From: an uncultured Nitrososphaeraceae archaeon
GTDB taxonomy: Archaea; Thermoproteota; Nitrososphaeria; Nitrososphaerales; Nitrososphaeraceae
Direction: 5' to 3'
Assembly (NCBI GenBank): GCA_963779615.1
Contig: CAVZZA010000001.1
Coordinates: forward strand, 288,001 to 352,000
Length of the DNA: 64,000 nt
Under the pieces are notes generated by a model, which was given only the letters and a program-made list of their open reading frames with translations, ran no database searches and was not told the DNA's origin. This document shows, piece by piece, positions 53,118 through 64,000 of the stretch (positions are counted from its first letter, which is position 1; each line of letters starts with the position of its first letter). The position numbers and the translations under genes are program-made.

Positions 53118-54597
53118 TTAACCCTTAATCACCCCTAAAGGTACCAGCCGTACTGCTTTGGTAGCAATACCCACATTATGTGACACATCTGCAACCATAT
53201 CTACATCTTTGTATGCATCGGGTGCTTCTTCAACCAAACCATTCTTGGTCAAAGATTTTACGTAAACACCCCTAGACTCCAATTTTTTCTTTATTTCATC
53301 TATTGTATGAATCCTTTTTGCGTGAGATCTTGACATGGTCCTTCCAGCACCATGAGCAGTTGATCCAAAGCTTAAATCCATAGACTTTTGATTTCCTAAC
53401 AATATCCAGCTTGCAGTGCCCATAGATCCAGGAATAATCACAGGTTGACCTATAGATCGGTATTTTTGTGGTATTTGTTCCATACCTGCGGGAAAAGCGC
53501 GAGTTGCGCCTTTCCTGTGCACAACTAAGTCTCTTAATCCCTCACCATCAACTTTATGGCGTTCCACTTTTGCAATATTATGGGAAACATCATATACCAA
53601 GTTCATATCTAAATCTTGCTCACTCATCTTAAGAACACGCTGAAAAGTCATCCTTGTCCAATGAGTGATCATTTGCCTATTTGCCCAGGCAAAATTCAAG
53701 GCTGAAAACATTGACTTTCTATAACTTTCACCCTCAGGTGAAATATTAGGAACGCAAGCTAATTCCCTATCCACAACATTTAGATTATATTTTTTTGCAG
53801 CTTGTTCGGATAGGCGCAAGTAGTCGCTACAAACCTGGTGGCCGAATCCTCTTGAACCACAATGAATTAAAATCTGAATTTGGCCTTCCTTTGTTATTCC
53901 CATGGTTTTTGAAGACTCATCATCATATATCTTATCCACCTTTTGAATTTCTAGGAAATGGTTCCCCGAACCTAAACTACCTAATTGAAGAGATCCTCTT
54001 TTTCGCGCATTGGTTGAAATGTTAACAGGGTCTGCACCATCCATTTTGCCAGATTCCTCACAAGACTCAAGATCGCTATTTATACCATAACCATTATCTA
54101 TAGACCATTTTGCACCCTCTACAAGCAATTCATCCAATTCAGAAGAAGTAAGCTTAATTGAGCCCTCACTCCCTACACCTGTTGGAATAGAGGAAAAAAG
54201 TTGATCTACAAGTTCCTTAAGTTTTGGACGTATATCAGCTTCAACTAGATTTGTTCTGATCAATCTGACCCCACAATTAATATCATAACCAACGCCACCT
54301 GGGCTAATAATTCCCTCTTCAAGATCGGATGCAGCCACACCCCCTACAGGAAAACCATAACCTTCATGTCCATCGGGTAAGACAACCATATGTTTTTTAA
54401 CTCCGGGAAGAGTAGTTACATTTACAGCTTGATCTAAGAGTACGGTCTTCAATCATCTTTGAAATTAATAAATCATTTGCAAATATCGTAACTGGAATAT
54501 TCATTCCTTTGGATGTGTCTTTTGGTATTTGAAATTGAAAATCCGAAACTTTACTAACCCTGTGCTTTCCATTTTTTGTTACTAATGAACTAGACAT
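53118..54597 (-). CDS. rtcB: tRNA-splicing ligase RtcB, +1 frameshift near 54437
   Basis: PDGHEGYGFPVG, GYDINCG, GSGNHF, HCGSRG, HNIA, HRKGATRA and HGAGR; N-terminus (GMNIPV...EDRTL) is in an adjacent frame. Confidence 0.95.
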
Positions 54598-54684
54598 TAT
54601 TCCCTATATGTTAAATATTTTAAGATCGCTAAATATTAATCATCCTAAATAATAAATTAGATAACCAATACTTTAGAATAATCA

Positions 54685-56043
54685 ATGCCTATTTTACCAA
54701 TTGATAATGGAAGATATGGAAGTAAAGAAATGAAGACAATTTTTGAGGAATGTAAAAAATTAAATTATGAATTAAGGTTTGAGGCAGCAGTTGCAGAAGC
54801 ACAAGCAAAGATTTCTATAATACCCCAAGATGCTGCAACAGAGATAACAGGGATAATAACATCAGATAAGATAAGCCTGAACAGAGTTAAGGATTTAGAA
54901 AAGGTAAGCGATCATGATACTGCCGCAATAGTAGAAGCAATAAGCGAACTATGTTCAAACAATACAAAACCTTGGATTCATTATGGGTTAACCAGTAATG
55001 ATGTAGTTGATACTAGCACATCAATGCAGATGAGGGATGCATTTGCGATCATTGAATCGAAAATAAGGGAACTCTTAAGGGAACTGCTAAAGAAGGCTAA
55101 AGAAAATGAAAATTTACCAGCAGCAGGTAGAACCCATGGTCAACATGCAAGCATTATTTCATTTGGTTTAAAATTTGCAATTTGGTCAAATGAGATGCTA
55201 GATCATTTAACAAGGATTGAACAAGGTAAAAAAAGGTTCTTGTTGTGCAAAACTATGGGGGTCGTTGGAACGGGTTCATTTATGAGAGATAAAGCACTAG
55301 AAGTTCAAGAAATGGTATCAGAAAAACTAGATCTTTTTCCTGCAGAAGCGGCAACGCAGGTAATTCCAAGGGAAAGATATGCAGAAATGGTTTTCATTAT
55401 CGCATTAATCGGCTCTACTCTAGATAAAATAGCTATTGAAATAAGGAATTTACAAAGAACCGAAATTGGGGAAGTTCAAGAATCATTTAAGAAGGGTCAA
55501 ATGGGAAGCAGTGCCGTACCAGTAAAAAAAAACCCAATTAAGAGCGAAAGAATCTCATCATTTGCCAAAATTCTAAAATCCAATTTATATGCATCTTTAG
55601 AAAACATATCTTTATGGCATGAAAGGGATTTATCCAATTCTGCTAACGAACGTTTCATAATTCCAATAACAGTCATTTTGATAGATGACATGATTACCAC
55701 AATGATAAAAATAATTGCAGGGTTATTCATAAACAAAGAGCGGATTTTGAAAAATATAGAAATAACTAATGGTCAAATATTTGCAGAATTCGTCCTTCAA
55801 TTATTAATTTCTAAAGGTATTTCGAGGTTTGAAGCATACAGGAATATACAAAGAATAGCATTTAAATCGGTTGAATCAGGGGAACATTTTTTAAAGTCAT
55901 TATCAATCGATGACGATATTATGAAAAACATTACCATAGAAGAATTGTCATCCATATTTAATCCACAAAATCAATTGTGTGCATCAAATCAAATTATTAA
56001 TAACATCATAAAAAAGGCTGAAGGAATGAAAATATTTCACTAA
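54685..56043 (+). CDS. purB: Adenylosuccinate lyase
   Basis: HYGLTSND, GRTHGQHA, GSSAVPVKKNP and LWHERDLSNS motifs. Confidence 0.95.
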   Translation: MPILPIDNGRYGSKEMKTIFEECKKLNYELRFEAAVAEAQAKISIIPQDAATEITGIITSDKISLNRVKDLEKVSDHDTAAIVEAISELCSNNTKPWIHYGLTSNDVVDTSTSMQMRDAFAIIESKIRELLRELLKKAKENENLPAAGRTHGQHASIISFGLKFAIWSNEMLDHLTRIEQGKKRFLLCKTMGVVGTGSFMRDKALEVQEMVSEKLDLFPAEAATQVIPRERYAEMVFIIALIGSTLDKIAIEIRNLQRTEIGEVQESFKKGQMGSSAVPVKKNPIKSERISSFAKILKSNLYASLENISLWHERDLSNSANERFIIPITVILIDDMITTMIKIIAGLFINKERILKNIEITNGQIFAEFVLQLLISKGISRFEAYRNIQRIAFKSVESGEHFLKSLSIDDDIMKNITIEELSSIFNPQNQLCASNQIINNIIKKAEGMKIFH

Positions 56044-56092
56044 TAAACATATATGATAGGACAAACATATTATATAAATTTACGATTGTCAG

Positions 56093-58486
56093 TTGAAAAG
56101 CTACATAAAGTCCATTTTAGATAGGGATAAAAAAACACCCGTCAAGAAGGATCCCCAGTGGGCTTTTAGTTTACTGCATTACGAATATGCAAAAGGTTTT
56201 TTCATCACATTATCATTTATTTCCATGATATCCGTCGGTTTTTTTGGAATTCCTTTAATCTCTAATTTTTTTTTAGACAAGGATAGCCATTCAATAGAAA
56301 TGGTATTTGCGGTATTTAGTCTATTAGGGTGTATTTGGGGATTCATGGCATATAACCAATTTGATAAATTCACTAAATTGATTAAATACACATTTTCATT
56401 ATCCCGGAAAATAGACCCAATGATAGGAGAGTATGATTACAAAACGTTTAACCCTGAAACTAAACAATGGGAAGAGGGATACACACATTATGGGATTGTA
56501 GATTTCTGGGATAGCGAAAACGAGGTTCCGCAATGGATGGATAAAGGAAAATATTGGAAAATACTTATCGAAGTTCAGAAAATAAATAGGAATACAACGC
56601 TGAAAGTGACCAAGGATTTTAATCTTCCTTTTAATCGCGGGAAAAATAATTTGGTTGTATTATTAAAAGAGAACAAACCCTCCTCCAGTCTATTGAAAGA
56701 AAATACAAAGTCTGATCACAGAAAATACACAAAATTTAGAGTACTCATACCGCAATGGCTAGTATTGAATACTGAATATTCAAAGTATAACTCAAATCCT
56801 CAATTAGAAATAAGTACACTTACAAGCGCAATTACAGAGGTTAATAAAAACATTTCAAAGATAATTGATGAGATAGTATGCAGAGTTAAAGTAATAATGC
56901 TGCAGCCATGGAATATGTTATTATCATTGATAACATATTTAAATAAAAGCCTTCCCATAAGGATAATCTACACCGAAATAAAAGACATGATGCCAGGAGC
57001 AAAGGATCGCCAGATTCAATATACAAATGACAATCTTTCAAGAATATCAACAAACGCCTTGATCGGCTCTTTAATAATTAAAGCCAATATGGTGGGAGTC
57101 GATAACAAATCTTTGAACAAGATAGCATCATTGATTAAATTCCTAAAAAACGAGTACGAAAAATTAGGTTTAGGAGAAGGTTCTAGCGAATACCACAACC
57201 TCCACCATTCACTGGAAGTTGCATATATGAGTTTACACATGCTACCTAAGGAAATTCACGGATATGATTTCAATAACAAAGATTATGAAATAATGCTTGT
57301 TGCGGCATTATTACATGACTATGATCCCATGCAGGATTTAAAATTTCGTAACTCAAAATATACAAGAAGGCCTACTGTAAATAACACAGTAGAGGAATTA
57401 AGGAAAAAGAGAATTCATGACGCTTATTTTGTTTTTAACGATGAAGAGTTGGTAAAATTCTTTAGAAAATATCAATCTTCCCTATTACCTACAAAAGAGT
57501 TTGCAACAATACATCCAGAATATTTGAAAGATAAAGAGACACCAATAGAGAGCAAAATAGTGGAGGCTCTGATTTGGAGGACTGATTATCCGTATGATGA
57601 AAAATCCCAAAAAAACTTTAATCAATTATTGCTAGAAATCAATAATGCTGGCTATTCTTGTGAAAAAATTAATTTAATAGCTGAGGTTTTATCATTGTCC
57701 GATCTCTCTGTAACATATTTAAGTTCAGATCCGCTTTTAGCATGGAATAGAGTAGTAAAACTGTATCAAGAATTAAACCTTCCCGTATCAGAAGCGGTTT
57801 CAAGGACAGATAGATTTCTTTCCTTTTTTTCAGAAGAATCGTTATTTAAAGAAATAATATCTAAAAAAAATTTTCCGGAAGTATTCAGACAAAAATGGGA
57901 TAATGTTTACAGATTCTTTCACGAGGGGAATCCTTCAAATAGGGTCAATAAGATAATACTTGATGCAAAAACAAAATATCAAAAGATAAACATGGAAATC
58001 GATATGAATGGTTGCGATTTTTTAATAAGTAGTGCCCTCACAAACAGAAATGAGTTTTTTATAGGAATTGGAAAAAATAAAGAAGATTTGATGATGGCAC
58101 AGTCAAAATTGAAAGCAGTTGGAATAGAAAATTTAGAAGTTTTTCCAGGAAATACTGACAGACTACTACCTTTTATAAAGGACAAATCAATTGATAACTT
58201 TATAATATCGTTAATTAACGACAGAAAAACAGAGGCCCATAAGACCATGTTATTAAGGGATTTATTTTATTCGTATAACTCTAAATTAACTTTAAATGGA
58301 ACAACTCAAATAATAATTGAGAGAGACCAAAATCATGAAAAAATAATATCGTTAATACCTGACCAGGAATTTAAATTGTTAAACATATCTGACTGTACCG
58401 TATCGAAAGATATTTTGAAAGATGTATTTATAGATTTTGAAAAATTAGGTAATATTAAAATTATAGAAATATTAAAAACAAAATAA
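56093..58486 (+). CDS. Membrane-anchored HD-domain protein with degenerate methyltransferase-like C-terminus
   Basis: Two TM helices; YHNLHH...ALLHDYD...TD...LSD HD motifs; C-terminus resembles a TrmB fold. Confidence 0.7.
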   Translation: MKSYIKSILDRDKKTPVKKDPQWAFSLLHYEYAKGFFITLSFISMISVGFFGIPLISNFFLDKDSHSIEMVFAVFSLLGCIWGFMAYNQFDKFTKLIKYTFSLSRKIDPMIGEYDYKTFNPETKQWEEGYTHYGIVDFWDSENEVPQWMDKGKYWKILIEVQKINRNTTLKVTKDFNLPFNRGKNNLVVLLKENKPSSSLLKENTKSDHRKYTKFRVLIPQWLVLNTEYSKYNSNPQLEISTLTSAITEVNKNISKIIDEIVCRVKVIMLQPWNMLLSLITYLNKSLPIRIIYTEIKDMMPGAKDRQIQYTNDNLSRISTNALIGSLIIKANMVGVDNKSLNKIASLIKFLKNEYEKLGLGEGSSEYHNLHHSLEVAYMSLHMLPKEIHGYDFNNKDYEIMLVAALLHDYDPMQDLKFRNSKYTRRPTVNNTVEELRKKRIHDAYFVFNDEELVKFFRKYQSSLLPTKEFATIHPEYLKDKETPIESKIVEALIWRTDYPYDEKSQKNFNQLLLEINNAGYSCEKINLIAEVLSLSDLSVTYLSSDPLLAWNRVVKLYQELNLPVSEAVSRTDRFLSFFSEESLFKEIISKKNFPEVFRQKWDNVYRFFHEGNPSNRVNKIILDAKTKYQKINMEIDMNGCDFLISSALTNRNEFFIGIGKNKEDLMMAQSKLKAVGIENLEVFPGNTDRLLPFIKDKSIDNFIISLINDRKTEAHKTMLLRDLFYSYNSKLTLNGTTQIIIERDQNHEKIISLIPDQEFKLLNISDCTVSKDILKDVFIDFEKLGNIKIIEILKTK

Positions 58487-58541
58487 ACAATAGAAATAAA
58501 AAAATAATAGACAACCATATTGATTGTATAATAACGCAATA

Positions 58542-61500
58542 TTGGTCTATATTAAAAAATTAGAAATTTTTGGATTTAAATCATTTGGATCAAAAAATAT
58601 AACATTAAACCTCCAAAGAGGATTAATTGTAGTTACAGGTCCTAACGGTTCAGGCAAAAGTAATATCCTAGATGCCATTTTATTTGCATTAGGAGAAAAC
58701 AGTCCAAAAGCTCTTAGGGTAGACAGGTTTCAATCTTTATTCCATGATACTTCCACAAACAACAATACAAATAAAACGGTAAAAGTAAGCCTAACTTTTG
58801 ACAATATAGACAGAGGAATACCAGTAGATAACGATAATGTTACTATTACTAGGGAAATGTCTGGAATAAATAGTGGAGAAAGTCAATACACCATCAACGG
58901 GAAAAAAGTTTCAAGAAATAACATAATGGAGCTATTGGAAATAGTGGTTGCATCACCTAACAAACTGAACATAGTGCAACAAGGCATGATAACAAGAATA
59001 TCTGAATTGAATTCAGAAGAAAGAAGGAAAATAATAGAAGACATCATTGGGTTGTCTTATTTTGATGAGAAAAAAAATCAAGCTATGAAACAATTAGAAG
59101 AATCAGATAGAAGATTGGAAATAGCTTTAACTAAAATGGATGATGTAAGAAGTAGAATAGATGAACTAGAATCAGAAAGAAATGATCAGCACAGATTTAT
59201 ACAACTAGAACTCGAAATCAAGAGGTTAAAAGCTATCAAAATCTCTGAAAAATTAAAGAGAATAATTAACGGCCTCACAAATTTTAATGCTGAAATCAAA
59301 AACAAAGAGAACAATATTAAACTAACATCAAATGAAGTAAATAACCTCAATAATCAAATTGAAAAGTTGAATAAAGAGAAAGAGCAGTTTCTAATTTTGT
59401 CAAACAATTCAAATAAAGAGAAAAAGGAATTGGAGACAAGACTATCCTCAGTAATTTATCAATATGAGCGAACTAATGCAATAATAAAAGAATCTCAATA
59501 TTATTTCAATCAAATAACCCAAAAGGAAAAAAATAATTTACTAGAGCAACAAATACAATATAAAAAATTAAAAGACTATGAAGAAAAGTCAACCACAATA
59601 GGGAACAAAATTGAAGTGGAAAATAATAATAATAAAGAGGTCAAAAAAAGATTAGAAGAAATAGTTGAAGAAATAGAAGGAAAAAACAGGTTAAACTTGA
59701 ACGAAGTAAATAGAAGGAATTTCCTTGAATCAAGGTTAAAAAAATTAATACGACTGCAAGGCGAATTTGAGGTAAATATTGCTAGGAATGAAGAGAAGAT
59801 TAAAAACACATCAGACAAAATAAGAAGCAACGACAATCTAATACAAGAGTTACTCACTGAAAAGAAAGAAAACGAGAAAAAGATATCAGATTTAAATAAT
59901 GAAATTAAAGAAGTTTATACAAATACTTCAAAGCTATGGAACAATAGTAATAGAATTGGCTCAGAGTCCATAGAATTAAGTGAAGAACTAGAGATGTCTA
60001 AAAAAATAACAGATAATGCAGAAAAAGCAATTCTAAAGTATGACGAAAAAATGAAGTTAGCAAAAAACATTTTGACAGAGGATCATGCAATTGCAACCTT
60101 ATCGAAAGATTTTAAAAATTTAGGTATCACAGGATATGTATTTAGTTTATTAAAATGGGATGAAAAGTTCCAAAAAGCTATTATTGCTTCTGGAAATGAA
60201 TGGATGAAATCCATAGTCGTAAAAGATATCAAAAGTATGGTCATTCTAGCGGAATTTTCTAAAAATAACGGGATACCGTTTCTAAAAATAATTCCTACCG
60301 AATTACTTGACGGGGGAAAGATTAAAAAAATCCCCGATGACCCGTCAATATTAGGATTATTATCTGAATTTGTGTATTGCGAAATAAAAAATTTACCCGA
60401 GTTTTTATTTGGCAACATAATACTTACAAAAAACCCAGTAACGGCGTATCTGTTATCTAAAAATGGATATAAAGCAGTATCGATTACCGGAGAAATTTTT
60501 TTTCCGAATTTATCTTTAATGCAGTTTGATTACGGTTCGAAAATATCCGATCTTACCAAAGATATTTTGTCATCCCACTCGATTGAAAGTCTAAAAATCG
60601 CTATGGAAAAACTGAAAACCTTAACAAAGAGAAAAACTACTGATCTGAACTACCTTAATGAAGAGAATTCAAAAGTTAAAAAAGTAATAAACTCAAACGA
60701 ATTGAGAATTTCCGACCTAAATAAACAAATTATAGAAATAAAAAAATTGATAAACAAACAGCAACATGATTGTGAAAAATTAATTGGTAGTAACATAGAT
60801 AATAGTTCAGCAATTGATAAAATAGCAAATATCTTCTACAGATACAAATCCAGGTTTATTATTGTTGAAAGAGCTGTAAATAAAATAAAAGAGGGCATAG
60901 AACAAATAGAAAAGGAAAATGACATGGAACAAATAGAAAATTTGAATAAAGAACAAAAAAAGATTAGTAACGAGATTGAAGCAAAAAATAACCAACTAAG
61001 GGAACTGACATTAACTCAATCTCTTTTAAAGAATAATTTAGATAATACCAGTGTACAATACCAAAATACAATCAAGGAAAAGGAAAACATAGAAAAGGAA
61101 AAGGAAAACAAAAAAACGAATTTAGAAAAGGCAAGAATTGAACTAAAGGAGATTGAAGCAGAGCTTGAAACTTTGAGAGAAAAAGAAAACAAAATAATAC
61201 AATCAACGAGTTCCACATATGCAAAATTACAAGAATATGAACACACATATAGAAAATTAACCGAGAATGAAAAGAAAACCACCAAGGAATTGAATTTGTT
61301 AGAAAGAGAAACAGCTATAATCAATAAAGACATTTTAGATTTAGAAAACAAAAAAACGAATTTAATTAACGAACTACATGAATTGGGATATAAAGAAACT
61401 TTAGAGAGCTATGAGGTAGAAACTATATATCAAGAGTTAAAAACAGAATATGAAAGTATCAAAGAAAGAATAAACCTAAGAGCAGACGAAACTTATTTAG

Positions 61501-62075
61501 AAATAATAGACGGGTACCGCGGAATGTCAAATAAAAAAAATCAATTAGAAGAGGAGAGAAATTCTATCGTAAGGTTTATCGCCGAAACGGGAAAAGAAAA
61601 GGAAATTGTTTTTACCAATGCTTTTAAAAAGGTAGATGAAGACATTAGAAAAACATTTTCAGAGATTACAGGCGGCAGTGCTTTCCTAGAATTGGAAGAC
61701 CCTGAGAATATTTTCTCTGGTGGAATTTTATTAATGGTACAATTTCCAAATAAACATGCTAGAGAATCTACAGGTTTATCCGGAGGGGAAAAAACAATGG
61801 CAGCGATAGTTTTTCTATTAGCACTACAATCACTAAAACCCTCGCCTTTCTATTTAATGGATGAGGTAGATGCCCATTTAGACGCACAAAATACTGAAAG
61901 ATTATCGAAGATACTATTACTTAGGTCCAGTAACAATCAAATTATAATGGTAACACTGAAGGATTCTACAGTAGCCAAATCTGATATAATATTTGGGGTA
62001 TATCCAAAAAATGGAATATCTCAAGTGGTAAAGTACAATCATCCCAGCAAACTCAAGGTCATTAAGCAGAATTAA
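58542..62075 (+). CDS. smc: Chromosome segregation protein SMC
   Basis: GFKSF, GPNGSGKSN, coiled coils, hinge, LSGGEK and DEVDAHLD; likely start TTG 58542. Confidence 0.96.
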   Translation: MVYIKKLEIFGFKSFGSKNITLNLQRGLIVVTGPNGSGKSNILDAILFALGENSPKALRVDRFQSLFHDTSTNNNTNKTVKVSLTFDNIDRGIPVDNDNVTITREMSGINSGESQYTINGKKVSRNNIMELLEIVVASPNKLNIVQQGMITRISELNSEERRKIIEDIIGLSYFDEKKNQAMKQLEESDRRLEIALTKMDDVRSRIDELESERNDQHRFIQLELEIKRLKAIKISEKLKRIINGLTNFNAEIKNKENNIKLTSNEVNNLNNQIEKLNKEKEQFLILSNNSNKEKKELETRLSSVIYQYERTNAIIKESQYYFNQITQKEKNNLLEQQIQYKKLKDYEEKSTTIGNKIEVENNNNKEVKKRLEEIVEEIEGKNRLNLNEVNRRNFLESRLKKLIRLQGEFEVNIARNEEKIKNTSDKIRSNDNLIQELLTEKKENEKKISDLNNEIKEVYTNTSKLWNNSNRIGSESIELSEELEMSKKITDNAEKAILKYDEKMKLAKNILTEDHAIATLSKDFKNLGITGYVFSLLKWDEKFQKAIIASGNEWMKSIVVKDIKSMVILAEFSKNNGIPFLKIIPTELLDGGKIKKIPDDPSILGLLSEFVYCEIKNLPEFLFGNIILTKNPVTAYLLSKNGYKAVSITGEIFFPNLSLMQFDYGSKISDLTKDILSSHSIESLKIAMEKLKTLTKRKTTDLNYLNEENSKVKKVINSNELRISDLNKQIIEIKKLINKQQHDCEKLIGSNIDNSSAIDKIANIFYRYKSRFIIVERAVNKIKEGIEQIEKENDMEQIENLNKEQKKISNEIEAKNNQLRELTLTQSLLKNNLDNTSVQYQNTIKEKENIEKEKENKKTNLEKARIELKEIEAELETLREKENKIIQSTSSTYAKLQEYEHTYRKLTENEKKTTKELNLLERETAIINKDILDLENKKTNLINELHELGYKETLESYEVETIYQELKTEYESIKERINLRADETYLEIIDGYRGMSNKKNQLEEERNSIVRFIAETGKEKEIVFTNAFKKVDEDIRKTFSEITGGSAFLELEDPENIFSGGILLMVQFPNKHARESTGLSGGEKTMAAIVFLLALQSLKPSPFYLMDEVDAHLDAQNTERLSKILLLRSSNNQIIMVTLKDSTVAKSDIIFGVYPKNGISQVVKYNHPSKLKVIKQN

Positions 62076-62097
62076 ACTTGGCCCTCATTCCCGCAAG

Positions 62098-63069
62098 CTA
62101 ATTTTTATAATGAAAACAAGAGACATAATGCTTTTTAGAAATCTCGTACTCTTTTGGGTCATTAGCGCAGTCTTTAAAAGATAATTTACACCGGTTAGAA
62201 AATTTACATCCAATAGAAGAGACATCCAACAAGTTTGTTTTATCATAACTTTTATAGTATTTATCAGAACCTGATGAAGAGAAATTAACAGCATCCAATA
62301 ACATCCAAGTATACGGATGAAGTGGATTCAAAAGTACTTCATCAATGTCGCCAAATTCAACCAAGTTTCCTGCAAACATAATACCAATTTTATCCCCGAT
62401 AAATCTTGAAGTTGCCAAATCGTGTGTAATATAAATAATAGAAACATTCAAACTATTTCTCAAATCATTTAACAAGGACAAAATTTCTGCTCGTATAGAA
62501 ACATCCAACATTGATACGGGCTCATCAGCTATTATCAATCGGGGGGTGTTAACAATAGCTCTGGCAATTGAAACACGTTGTCTTTGGCCACCAGAAAGCA
62601 TACCGGGATATTTTTCTAAAAAATCCTCAACAGGTTCTAATTTTGTTCTGCTCAGAGCTATTTGAACCTTCTTTTCTTTTTCGGCATAATTTAAATTACC
62701 CTCATGAATTTTTAATGGCTCCATAACAATATCCTTGATTTTAAGGTAGGGGTTAATGGAACTGTATGGGTCCTGATGAATCATTTGTATTAACGAATAA
62801 AAAGTTTTGTTCTTTTTGAGAATATTAATATTTTGTCCTAAAAAATAAATATCCCCACCATCGGGAGGGATAGATCCCATGATGAGTCTAGCCAATGTAG
62901 TTTTTCCCGAGCCGGATTCTCCTGCCAGTACCAAAACTTTACCTTGATCGAGTTCAAAAGAGACACCATCTATTACCTTTTTGGTGTTTATAGAAGGTGA
63001 AAGAAATTTTAAAGAAATTTGCCTCACAGTGTAATATTTTTTAATATTTTTTAGCTGAAGTAATGACAT
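62098..63069 (-). CDS. Oligopeptide/dipeptide ABC transporter ATPase
   Basis: GESGSGKTT, HQDPYSS, LSGGQRQR, ADEPVSMLD and PLHPYT motifs; C-terminal Cys cluster. Confidence 0.92.
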   Translation of the reverse strand: MSLLQLKNIKKYYTVRQISLKFLSPSINTKKVIDGVSFELDQGKVLVLAGESGSGKTTLARLIMGSIPPDGGDIYFLGQNINILKKNKTFYSLIQMIHQDPYSSINPYLKIKDIVMEPLKIHEGNLNYAEKEKKVQIALSRTKLEPVEDFLEKYPGMLSGGQRQRVSIARAIVNTPRLIIADEPVSMLDVSIRAEILSLLNDLRNSLNVSIIYITHDLATSRFIGDKIGIMFAGNLVEFGDIDEVLLNPLHPYTWMLLDAVNFSSSGSDKYYKSYDKTNLLDVSSIGCKFSNRCKLSFKDCANDPKEYEISKKHYVSCFHYKN

Positions 63070-63168
63070 TAAACAAAATAAGAGTTATTGGTATAAAATA
63101 CGATCGATATAATTAACGTCTTATGGACATGATGAACCACAGACATTAATAATAATAATAATATTACA

Positions 63169-63714
63169 TCATTTTTGTTTTTTTAATATTTTGTCAAGTA
63201 CTTTAGAAATAACTACGCTAAATATCAAAAATAATAAAAATTCCATATAATGGTTGGTCTTGCAAATTTTGCATATAGTCTTTGATTTAGATAAATTTGA
63301 AAGTAAATTTTGCTCTTCAACAAATAATTCGTTAATAATTTTGTAAAATTTAGGGTACAAGGAATTAATGATACTTATATTTTCTAGAACAACCGAATCA
63401 AAAGACAGGATATCAAAAAACAGTGATTTAATCGTAGATTTATAATATTTTACCAGAGTCCCTTTTACTTCTTTGGTTTTAGATATTTTGATTAAGCCAT
63501 TTTTTTTTAAAATATTCAAATGATGTCTTAACGTAGTCGCTGCTATTTTGCAATTAGATTTTTTTAAATGAATCATTAATTCGCTTACAGAAAGCTCTCG
63601 ATGGTAAAGCAGATCCAGGATTTTGACCCTATGAGGATCGCTTAATCCTTTTGTAATTGTCAAGCTTAAAGGGATTGTAACTAATAGTTTCTCATTAATT
63701 GAGATATTTTTCAT
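63169..63714 (-). CDS. ArsR-like winged-helix regulator
   Basis: LSDPHRVKILDLL...TTLRHHLNILKKNGLI; CxxC near the C-terminus. Confidence 0.8.
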   Translation of the reverse strand: MKNISINEKLLVTIPLSLTITKGLSDPHRVKILDLLYHRELSVSELMIHLKKSNCKIAATTLRHHLNILKKNGLIKISKTKEVKGTLVKYYKSTIKSLFFDILSFDSVVLENISIINSLYPKFYKIINELFVEEQNLLSNLSKSKTICKICKTNHYMEFLLFLIFSVVISKVLDKILKKQK

Positions 63715-64000
63715 GTGTTTATTTTTTATTTGAATCCCATTTTATTAAGATATAATAAAAATGCAATTTATCTATTCTTCAATGCATGCATTGTACAGTT
63801 TAGAGAAAATTTGAGTGCACTATTTAACTATTTAACTATTTAACTATCCATCCCTAAAACAAATTTTATTTAACATCAAATTGATATACACAAAATTATC
63901 AAAAACCCAATAACATTCGATTTACTCGTCCACCAAAACCAAACCTATATTGCCTTTTTCCATTGAAAGAGATGTTGCTCTTTTACAATTACCAATTTGG

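Noticed and set aside
40254-62294. Numerous 60-110 aa antisense ORFs in the track
   Set aside because: Shadows of well-supported genes on the opposite strand.

Overview
AT-rich archaeal chromosome segment. The genes present (eIF6, proteasome beta, arcTGT, RadA, RtcB, Sm-like protein) and several thaumarchaeal-type hypothetical proteins point to a Nitrososphaeraceae ammonia oxidiser, probably Ca. Nitrosocosmicus-like. Bases ~40.2-64 kb are ordinary housekeeping genes. Bases 1-40 kb form an accessory region full of IS remnants and pseudogenes, with a clear phosphate theme: pstSCA, a secreted PhoX-type phosphatase, a tandem 'thymidylate kinase' pair that looks like a family-3 polyphosphate kinase, one canonical and one degenerate CHAD protein, and an arsenic detoxification cluster. 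The same region also carries a tungstate/molybdate ABC transporter. The main novel signals are three. (1) A recurring array of CTATATAG-like units at 9-10 bp spacing sits just upstream of the TATA boxes of pstS, pstC, phoX, the CHAD/PPK3 locus and several uncharacterised genes; it is a candidate archaeal Pho box. (2) A solo HerA-like ATPase has captured a pstS 3' end, the pstC promoter and the pstC N-terminus. (3) That ATPase cassette is flanked by direct repeats containing a tRNA-Arg-like 3' end, consistent with att sites. Several genes (pstS, pstC, rtcB, an RNase H-like gene) carry single-base frameshifts that may be assembly errors. All calls come from reading the sequence; no searches were run.
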